Source of the DNA: Phoronis australis
Taxonomy: Eukaryota; Animalia; Phoronida
Assembly: GCA_002633005.1 (NCBI GenBank)
Contig: NMRA01000138.1
Location: 307,005-371,004, forward strand
DNA: 64,000 nucleotides
Reading direction: 5' to 3'
The translations under genes and the position numbers were made by a program. Positions 23,625-33,362 of the stretch are shown piece after piece. The notes under the pieces were generated by a model. It had not been told where the DNA came from, did not search any database, and saw nothing but the letters and a program-made list of their open reading frames with translations. Each line of letters starts with the position of its first letter. Position 1 is the stretch's first letter.

Positions 23625-26600
23625 CTGAAACAAAAAAGTACAGTGAGAGATAAATGTAAATTTCACGCACATTTAAGGAAAATTACTTATTCTTTGAACA
23701 ACGCAGTCACGTAAATCATTTACAATACCTGTTAAATCAACCAGAACCCAATCCATCAGTGGCTGCTATCACAATACAAGCAATAAGCAAGCACACAAAA
23801 TGACCAGCAATTCTGCCATGACCAGGTATGAGAGACAACTTTCTAGAAGGTGGAAACGCTATTCTGTCACAGGATTTTTGGGCAATGGCAAGTAATACCC
23901 AGCCATTTCATCCCTCATTACAAGGAATGGCAATTTATCTGATTGCTTTTGACATGTGAAATCTCACCAATTACCGACAAAAATATTTGCCAAAATTATC
24001 TTTTTTTTTGTTTTTCAAGGTTTTCTAACATTGTTGTGATCCCACAATTCTTTCAATATATTTTCTAATGGTTGCCATGGTGCAGAACTTGAACATGGTA
24101 AAGAATTGTTTTGATGTTACATATCTTTTATGAAAAAATGAGGAAATAAAATTTTTTCAAGTCTGCCACATTGTGTCCTAATATGGGAAGACTTTACCGC
24201 ACATACAGATCACAAAAGTTTCTTTTTCAGCAAAATTTCATTCCTCATCTCAACTACGGGTACCTTTAATGTCACGGTCCAAAACGTGATTCAGAAAATT
24301 TTCAGTTCCAAACATTTGAGAGCAGGAAAATGACTGTTGCTTGACACAGTGTCAAACTCTGCCCACTGCACGGCAATTTTAATGTGACCACAGGCTGGGA
24401 AATCCCACGGTGTAAAATTCCCATGCAAGAGTGCTGAACGCTCTCTACCAACCAATCAATCGCCAAGATGTATTTCATTATCTTGTCGTTACATGGAGCA
24501 AAACTACCAGCACTAATTGATGATTAGTTGCTCTAACAATTTTAATGTATAGTTAGAACAGGTGTCAAAACTGAATAATAGTCGTCAGATTATTTTTGAT
24601 AGAAAAATGATATTCAAGTACATGAAAAATTAGGTATTTAGCAAGGGAATATACTCGCAGAAGGCATTTTCGATTTACGTCAATACTCTAGACAAGAATA
24701 AATGGAAATTTCTAAAGAACTTATCCCCAATAATGCACTGTTACAGTAATGGAAATCATTTGTTTATAACACAATTGCAAGGAAGTACTTGCCTTTAAAA
24801 GTTCATTATTGAAACCAGCTTAAGTTTTAGGGTTCAACCATTCATAATTTTTCAAATATCCACCCTGGGCATCTACCCTAAACATGTTTCTCACACTCTC
24901 ATTGGGGGTCTATTTGTCACGGTTTGTAAGTGGAAAACATAATTATGTGTATGCTAACAAATCTTAAAAATATCTAACTTATTTCCACCTTGACCACTGC
25001 TTTTCCTTGTCAGTCAGAGGCACATAAATGACGCCCATCAGGTCAGTAGTGACCACAGTGCCATCTGGCTTCTTGTCCACCTGTTTCAGGTACTGGCTGT
25101 GACCCTCCGGTCCAACAGGACAGATCAGGCGCCCCCCTGGCTTCAGCTGCGCTATAAGCTGGAAGAAGAAAAGAGGCTGCTTAAAGTCATGTGCAATGTG
25201 CTATTTTCAATTGGTCAGGAGAGCTATTTGCAATTGGAGAGCTATTTTCAAATGGAAAGCTATTTTCAATTGTAGAGCTATTTCCAATTGTAGAGCTCTT
25301 TCCAATTGTAGAGCTATTTTCAATTGGAGAGCTATTTTTATCATTGTCAGTGAAGTTCTACTGGCTTTGATAGATTACTATGTTGTATTATTTATAAAAA
25401 TTTTCAATCTAATGAAACTAGCATTCCAGTAACGCATTTTTAGATGGTTGCTGGACAAGGGAAATTTTCACTTGGCTTTGAGTAAAGAAACAGTAAAATG
25501 TGAAAAATCCTGTTTGTGACAACAAACTGTTAAACTGGATTAGTTTACAATGTAAGCAATTTATTTATTTTTATAGTAAACAAACACAAAAACAACAAAC
25601 ATGAACTAAACTTTGTGATATTTCTGGAAATTGTAGAACAAGAATCCAACCTTTAAAAGAACACGTTCATTTTGTTAGAATTAGAAAGTGAGTGGAAACA
25701 CTGGTTGCAGATTTTTGTTCAGCATTCAAGTTAAATTTATGCAATACCCCCACTCTATTTATGCATTACCCCACTCTATTTATGCAATACCCGCACTCTA
25801 TTTATCCATTACCCCACTCTATTTATGAATTACCCCACTCTATTTATGCATTACCCCCATGCTATTTATGCATTACCCCCAATCTATTTATGCATAACAC
25901 TACTCAATTTGAGTTGTTATTTTGCATATAGTTACCAAAAATAATTCTTGTAAAACAAACTCAGAAATAAATAAATAAATATATCTAAAAATGTCCACAT
26001 CAGTAACTAAATTATGAGGATTCTTTTTACAGATATCCAAGTCCAGACTTTCCACCTTGTTGCCTCTAGGTAGGCAGTGCAACTAACTACCACACAAACC
26101 TACAACCATTCAACGTTGCTCTGAGTTTGATGCTTTAGTTTGCAGGTATATTTTGAACACAGGGGCGCAGTCAGAAACACAGTGGTACGTGACAATTTTT
26201 TTGGCTAACCTCTTATTGGGTATTACAAAGGCTACTCAAGATGTTTCTGGATACCTTTTATCGTGCTTTGAAATGGTAAAATTACCACAAGGGAGCACAG
26301 AGGTAGGCAGATCCATCCAAAAGACAAGGTGAGCCGTGCTAACACTAACAGGAACACACATTCCAATTTTCCTGATGGTCCATAAATAGCTTATAGGTGT
26401 TGAGACAGGCACAAAAAATAATATTGTCATTAGGGGAATAGCAGTAGTAGGTTTCATTCAAAATCAGACACATGTGTTAACTTACATCAGGTGGAAGAGT
26501 GGGGGCAGCTGCTCCCACGTGTATAGCATCATAAGGGGCACCAGGGGCATAGCCCTTCCGGCCGTCCCCTGTCACCAGCTTGATGTTTCCAGAATCGACA

Positions 26601-29600
26601 AGCTTCTCCAGCTTGGGGTCTTTTTTAACATTGTCAATAGACAAGTTGACTAGTTCATCAATATGGTCGATACCAATTGCTTTTCCTGAAGGCCCCACCT
26701 AAAATAAGATTAAGGGTTTCATAAAGTCATTAAAGTAAACATAGTTCTTTTACTTCACTGGATTATTCTAATAATTTCATTTACGTATCAACTGGACCCA
26801 CTAATTGTGTTTTTAACTCAGGCTTTTCTTGCAAACATTATGCTAGCCAATAAAAATTGGTAAATCTAATCTGCAAAATTTCATGAAGTTCCTTCATAAA
26901 AGTTGATACTAACAAAAACTGCCACCAGGGGAAGTAGCAATAGCCACAAAAGTCCAAAAGTCAACATCAGGCAGGATTCTTTCAATAGAAACTCAATCCT
27001 CATTAATCGTAACAGTTCATCATACTGTTTGGCAGACAGAAAGGAACTACCAAAATGGAACCAAAATATCAAAATTGCCACGAGGAGCAATGCGGAAGAG
27101 GGGAGGTGCCGTCTTCTTTTATTTTAACAAACCTCTCAAATTTAATGAAGTTTCACCTAGGCCTACGCAAAAAAGGTAAAAAATACCACAAGGGGCACAG
27201 CAAGAGGCAGATCCATCCAAAAGTCTATGTAAGATGTGCTTTCACTAACATTCCAAATTTCATGACGATGCTTAAAGAACTTATAGGTGTTAAGGCAGGC
27301 ACACAAAATAAAATTGCCACTAGGAGTGGTCAGATTTGTCTGAAAATTGATGTCAGCAATGCCTTCATCCCTAGAGCTATACATGTCAAATTTCACTACA
27401 ATCCTTCTCTAAGCTTTGCAAGCATTGAGGCTAAGTCAGGAGAAAAAAAAATGGCACAGCAGAATTTGGTTCCATCTAAAAATCAGCCACAGCCATGCTT
27501 TCATCAACAAGAACACCTCCGCCAAATTTTATGATGATACTTGGCAGACACGGATTGAAGCAGACACCAAAAATGGACACAAAATACTTTTAAGTTTACC
27601 AACTGCCACCAGGGGGCACACAACATGACACAACAGTCAGAAAATTGAAAGGTCATCCTCACCTTGACACAAAAAAATCTGCTAGATTTCCAAAAATGTG
27701 TTGGCAAGGGGATATTATAATAGCAAATGTTGGCAAAACACGTCCTTTACTTGATAGAAACTTGTCTACTAAATTTAATGTTAGACATCCAAACAGCGAT
27801 GTCATGTGGAAATAAGAGTGTACACATATCAAACATGTCAGAACACCACACAATGGACATCCATAGGTTAAAGTTACTCTGTCACCAATGGTTCCATAAC
27901 AACAATCCAACTATCACCTATCGACCAGCAGTACACACCATTAGTGCCATGCAGGCTGTAAGGTAGCCACTTCCTGACCCCACATCCAGGGCCGTGGCGC
28001 CCTCTTTGAGATGGCCACTGAGGATTTGAAGAGCATGAGCATGCTGAAAATGGAACAAAACGCAGCACAAGGTAACAAGGAAACATTCAGTGTACACAAT
28101 GGCCACCCTTGTATTTAAGAAAGAATTTTCACATTGAGGAACTTTCAAATTGAGAGAAAAACATTTTCCCTAGGTGTCTCAAAAGCAATTTTGTACATTT
28201 TTGTAGTAAAGACCCCATGTTTATGTTTTCACAAACATTTTTGCAAACACAAAATTGCCTTTGTTTCAATTTTTAAATTATCAAATTCTGCTTTACTATT
28301 TCAAGTGATACATAACAAACAACCTCCTTTACTTTTTCAGCTGAATCACACTGCAGTTCTGTTTTCCCGATATCTTGAAACATGCCATGTTCATGGTTTC
28401 GTAAAACAAGAAAAAGATCCATGTCACCTTCAGAAAGTATCCACTTAAAAATTTCAGCTTCAACATAATTGTTGATGTTGATTGATTTGTGGCCAAAGTA
28501 TGCCACATTTGATGGATTGTATTATATTAATTAATTTTTGGTTCTTAAAAATCAAAACTATTAGAACTATGGCATCTGCTACTGAAATATGAAAATTCTG
28601 TTTGAAATATTAAAAATGCTGGGAAATAAGCCAGATTCCAGGAATTTGGTGCATTTTCTGTAATTGCAGAAAACTAAAGTCTCTATAGTAGTTTATATTT
28701 TTCACCAACATCATAAATGTCTCAATTCTCTCAGAATCAGTAAGAGCATTAAATTTAAATGAATTATTTAGTACTTGGAATTCCAAACGTAGAAATACTT
28801 TACGTTATCATAAGCTAGAGATACAAACATCCCTCTACTCTGTACCTAAGGTCTACGAGTATTCAAACGTCTACATAACAAAGTGAAACAATTCAACTTA
28901 AGATAATTCAAAAGCACAAAAACTTAATGATCATTTGATGCAATTGAAAAGAGAAAGAATATGGATGTAAAAAAGTCCAATGTGAGTTTTGAAATTAAAA
29001 TTTTGATTACCATTTTCAAACTAATAAGAACAAGACTTATCTTTTATTTTGGCTCAACTCTTGCTTCATTTCATTTGCAACTGAAAATATGACTGAAGGG
29101 TGTTGAAAGTCCATGAGCATGCTTCCACTACACAAAATAACTTTATACACTCAGGTTTTAGCCAAGGTGAGGCACACAAATACAACTTTTATCAAAGGAT
29201 GACATTTCGCTCTATCAATTGGTGATTACTCACCATGTGGGGTGCACTTATCGTCACATGGTAACCAATGCCTTGTGGAGAGTCAACATATGGATTGCGA
29301 GGACAGTACTGCCCCCTATCAACTGCTTTCATTGCCTCATAAACGCGGTTATCGCTGATAATACCATTCACTGAAAAACAAAACAACTCTTAAATGACTA
29401 GCTTCAGCCTTACAGCCACATGCCTTTAACAATATCAGAGTAATACACCACTAGACAATAACTATAAATGAAACACAAATCAATAGGCAGATCAGCGTTT
29501 GAGCACCTGATTGAAAGAGCAATCTTGAGAATGCAGTAAAACTTGTAGAAGTCATTTAAGAGATTTTATCAGAGAAAGGCTAAATCCATGTCACAAACCG

Positions 29601-31072
29601 TACCACAGAACTTTCTCCAAAGGGAAGATACGACTTATGTGCAAAAGATTTGATATGCATGTATGTTTCAGTTTAGTTCATTTTAAAACTAACTGAGCAT
29701 TTGATAAGATGTATTGACACTCACATTTTAAGTTATCAATAAGTTCATCATTGGTCTGGCCCGTTGATCTCCATGCCACATTTAAACTTATAAAACAAGC
29801 AATCAATAGGCCTGTTAGACGTATGAATTTCTTCCCAAAATTAGCTTCCATTTTGAAAGGACAAGGTTCAGAGTTCAGAAATTCCTGAAAAGAGGACAGA
29901 ATGATGCTTGTGATCAGAATTTAAAGAATGTATCCAACAGATCAGCAAACCCAGGACGCACAACAAAGATTACCATATCGAAAAAAGTGTCCAAGCATCA
30001 CTAAGCCCCCTTTCCTATGACATGTCCAACTCTAAATGTACACAGTCCTCACAAACCACTCAAAGACACTTCTGGTTGCATCAGTAAAATACGTCCGTGA
30101 CAAATATGTCCGTGACAAATATGTCCGTGACAATTATGTCCATGACAAATATGTCCGTGACAGATATGTCCATGAAAAATATGTCCGTTACTAAATAATA
30201 AACAACACTGCCTTTGACAAAAGTGCGTATAAACCTGCCTTCCATCAACAAATATAGTTTTCGATTTGTAACAATACCTTAAGTTATGAAATTGGATCCT
30301 CACCAAACACGATTTCTGGAGTTCGGAAGATCATACAGTTTGTTAATGCATGAAATAGGATTCAACAAGTTGGCTCGTCACAGGTCATTTGATGTGCCGA
30401 GCACGGTCTCAGTAAACATCAACTTTTTCGAAGTCCAGAATATTTTCTCAGCTGAGATCAGTTTTCCAATGGTAAGTGGTCTAAATTCAAAGTTTGTTTC
30501 CTTGAAAGAATATAGGTTTATAGTAGGTTTCTGCAAGTTGAATTGTTTATACCGCCCTACACACCTACACAGGCACTGCAGTGATTAGTGCTTACAAACT
30601 ATATAGCACTGCTAGACCTTCACACAGGCACTGCAGTGATTAGTGCTTACAAACTATATAGCACTGCTAGACCATCGCACAGGCACTGCAGTGATTAGTG
30701 CTTACAAACTATATAGCGCTGCTAGACCATCACACAGGCACTGCAACGATTAGTGCTTACAAACTGTACAGCCTTGCTAGACAATCAACATAAAATAGGG
30801 ATTTTCTTGACTTCAGGTATACATACAGACAATACTAATGTGAGATTTCTCTCAATGAGTGCAAACTATGTGCAACACCGGGCTGTGCCCTTAAGTGATT
30901 AAAAGGACAGTCACATTCACATTTGTTTTTTACATCTCTAGTGCAGGTTCTTACTTCGCAAGTTTGTAATAAGTTCAACATTTGTGCGTCCTGAGGACTG
31001 CCACGCCATGTTGCCAAACTGTCGGATTATAAAAGCACCAGTAATACTAGCTACAGCAGTGCCCAGTCTCAT
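23606..31072 (-). CDS. PCMT1: Protein-L-isoaspartate(D-aspartate) O-methyltransferase (PIMT), alternatively spliced
   Basis: Exons 31009/31072-30955 or 29851-29725, then 29370-29234, 28043-27939, 26698-26486, 25158-24979 (or -24989), optional 23624-23606. Motifs [60 protein letters not shown]. Confidence 0.95.
24979..25158 (-). CDS. PCMT1: PCMT1 exon (motif III, -RWK end; internal donor at 24989)
   Basis: [19 protein letters not shown]...[19 protein letters not shown]. Confidence 0.95.
   Translation of the reverse strand, partial: LIAQLKPGGRLICPVGPEGHSQYLKQVDKKPDGTVVTTDLMGVIYVPLTDKEKQWSRWK
25218..25338. repeat. 18-bp minisatellite (gagctattttcaattgga-like)
   Basis: About 7 degenerate copies. 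Confidence 0.75.
25737..25897. repeat. ~20-21-bp minisatellite (tttatgcattaccccactcta)
   Basis: About 7 degenerate copies. Confidence 0.75.
26486..26698 (-). CDS. PCMT1: PCMT1 exon (motif II)
   Basis: [17 protein letters not shown]...[28 protein letters not shown]. Confidence 0.95.
26860..27625 (-). mobile_element. Diverged HINE family A-related remnant (another piece at ~26270-26460)
   Basis: Reverse-complement subrepeats gccaccagggg / gccactagg with aaatttcatga motifs. Confidence 0.55.
27939..28043 (-). CDS. PCMT1: PCMT1 exon (SAM-binding motif I)
   Basis: [35 protein letters not shown]. Confidence 0.95.
29234..29370 (-). CDS. PCMT1: PCMT1 exon
   Basis: [21 protein letters not shown]...[20 protein letters not shown]; canonical splice sites. 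Confidence 0.95.
29725..29851 (-). CDS. PCMT1: PCMT1 alternative first coding exon 1b with signal peptide
   Basis: [43 protein letters not shown]|gtgagt donor (phase 1); acceptor ctcttttcag at 29884; paralogous to exon 1a. Confidence 0.8.
30093..30190. repeat. 15-bp minisatellite (gtccgtgacaaatat)
   Basis: 6-7 copies. Confidence 0.8.
30568..30782. repeat. 55-bp tandem repeat x4
   Basis: Units start at 30568, 30623, 30678, 30733. Confidence 0.85.
30955..31072 (-). CDS. PCMT1: PCMT1 first coding exon 1a (canonical MAW start at 31009; upstream in-frame ATG at 31072)
   Basis: [40 protein letters not shown]|gtaaga donor (phase 1); acceptor at 31111. Confidence 0.85.
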
Positions 31073-31544
31073 GTACAGTCATTCCATCTGGTATGAAGGC
31101 AGCAGAAAGGGCTGTAAAATAAACAGAGTCAGTTTGAATCTCCATTGATAATTATAATATCCCTCAATTTCACTAAAAAACTATAACATAATTCATGAGA
31201 TTTCATCGGTGGGGTAACTTACTCACTAGCAGCACTGACGGTAGTTTTTCAAATGCATTGTGGGATGTTTGTTCGCTCATAAATACCTGCTGATGTTACG
31301 TTAGTGAAAGCATCTGTGGGTGAGTAATACTTGTGTGACCATGAGCTTCCTTTATAATGCAAGGGAACTTCTCTTGTTTTCACAAGTTTCTTGGGACATC
31401 AGAGCCCCAGTCTGTCATTTTTTTTCTTAACCGCAGCATCATTAGATGGTGTTTGAAAAACTCTGTATTCATTTGACGCATTTGTAGCTCATTTTTTAAG
31501 TTATAATATGACCGTTGCTTAAGCAGGCAAGAGTTAAATATATA

Positions 31545-31720
31545 AACGGCCTCCTAAAGTCTCCCTTCATGCGCAAAAGGTACTCATACTATACAGCAAT
31601 GTGACTTTGATGGCTTAATAAGTGTGAGACATAATTTGCTGAAAACCTACAGGTGTATGGAGGGCCAATGGGACGATTACCGTATCTTCTGGGGTCAGTT
31701 GAGACGGTGGTACTGTCTAA
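31545..31720. mobile_element. MITE family C fragment
   Basis: cggcctcctaa..caaaaggta..gactttga..cataatt..actgtcta shared with 4441-4603. Confidence 0.5.
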
Positions 31721-32199
31721 GCCAGAGGCAGAGAAGAGACAGTTGAAGAGAATTGGGAAGACATTAGAAGATATCTGGGTAGAGTTCAGAAATGCTATGA
31801 CCTCACTGAAATGCAAAGCTTTGTGAAATCATGTGATTTTGGCAAGATTTTAGCAAGGTCCTAGCGTTACTGAACCCTACCTAGCCAGCCAGCTAGCTGC
31901 ACAAAGACTATCATCAAAATGCAGCCAGGTACCACTGCATGCTCAGCTTCTTATACCCCAAAATTTCACACAGGCCAGGTAGTTCCACTCGTGACCTCAT
32001 CAAAAACTTTTTTCAACATGTTGAGCTAATGACCAGTGGGGGAACATGCAAAATCTAGGAGACAACCAACACTCTCACCAAGCTGTGAAAAACAATCATA
32101 ATAAACATCATTTTCTTGCATAATTCTCTGCCTCTTGAAACAAATACGTCTGTCGTTATTTTGAAAACAGTATGCTCGTGACACGCGCACACGCAATTT

Positions 32200-33240
32200 T
32201 CCTAATTTTTGCGACATCTGTTGGGTGATGACGACAACCTCGCGGCAGCAAAATTTGTTCCAAAATTTGGTTTGCTGACTTGTAATGAAATGACACCAGC
32301 TCTAATAATTTCTTGTGCCATATACGCAACCTTGTGGAAAATGAGTTGATTGAAGAATCGGCAGCTGAAACTGAAACTGGGCAATAGGTGGCACTACTGT
32401 ATTACGGTGGTGAAAGCCAACGTATAAGATTGTTAAACAACTTACGCAGCAGAATAATGGTAAAGCGCAATTTCAGCAATACCAGTTAACAATTTAGTTT
32501 ATTTAAGGGATGTCAACTTCATAGCTTTGTCACCTAGGGCAGGCTTTGTGAATAAATCAGCAATCTGATCAGTGGGTACATATTCAATTTTTCTGTATTT
32601 TATCACTGACAAAATGGTACCTAATATCAATATGTTTGGACCTCTGATGCACAACGGGGTTTTTGGTCAGTGCAACAGCACTCTGTCACTGTCACAGTGC
32701 ATACTGTCACTGAAATTTAATGACACTATTTTTTCAGTTCTTACTAGACCAGTTTTTTACATATATTTAGTGTACAGCTCTGGGCACTGGTTGGATACAG
32801 TGGGACCGCTATATCTGACCAGTGCCCAGCCCAGATTTGCATCAAGGCTACTAAACTCTAAACTAGAGTTTAGCCTTGGTCTGATCTGGGTATTTATTTA
32901 GAGCTAGACTAGACTCTACTCCAGATCAGAAAAAAACATAGTCAACTTCATCGCATCTTAGTCCACGTATTCCACAAAATAGTAGGAAATAAGTACAGTT
33001 TAATATATTTAAAGAGCCCGAATTTCCTTTCGAGCTTTTTGATAAAAATTGTCACAGGATAATATACCTGTTGTTAGAGTACAAAACTCTAAACACCAAT
33101 TTTTGGAACTGCCTTAGAAGCTGACCTTCACATGTGCAGTGGTAATAGCTACTTTATCAATTCTCCCCAAAGAGTGCGCTGTAAGTGTCAATGTTGTTCT
33201 TGGCTGAGATTTGAAGAGGGCCGCAAGTTTTCAAGTATCA
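32200..33240. promoter_or_regulatory. Putative divergent promoter region between PCMT1 and arginase
   Basis: Head-to-head arrangement; candidate PCMT1 non-coding first-exon donor (gtaagt on - strand, ~32445). TSSs cannot be determined from sequence. Confidence 0.35.
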
Positions 33241-33362
33241 TGAAGAAGTTTGGTCCACTGATTCAAAGGCTTTTAATGATACCCGGAAAAGTGAATAACT
33301 ATCGTTCATTTCACCAGCAGTATGGTGTAGGAATTCTTGGTGTTCCTCTTTCGCGCGGTCAG
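33240..33362 (+). CDS. ARG: Arginase exon 1 (presequence plus [11 protein letters not shown])
   Basis: Matches arginase N-terminal G.P.S.GQ motif; ends at CAG|gcacgt (GC donor). Confidence 0.75.

Noticed and set aside
29725-29884. Exon 1b as a dead duplicated pseudo-exon
   Set aside because: Acceptor, strong-context ATG, 42 open codons, conserved AW.S.G.TN.ELI.NL residues and a consensus donor are all intact despite nucleotide divergence from exon 1a.
30049-30306. ORF with (HICHG)n metal-binding-like repeats
   Set aside because: Translation of a 15-bp intronic minisatellite; no compatible exon structure identified.
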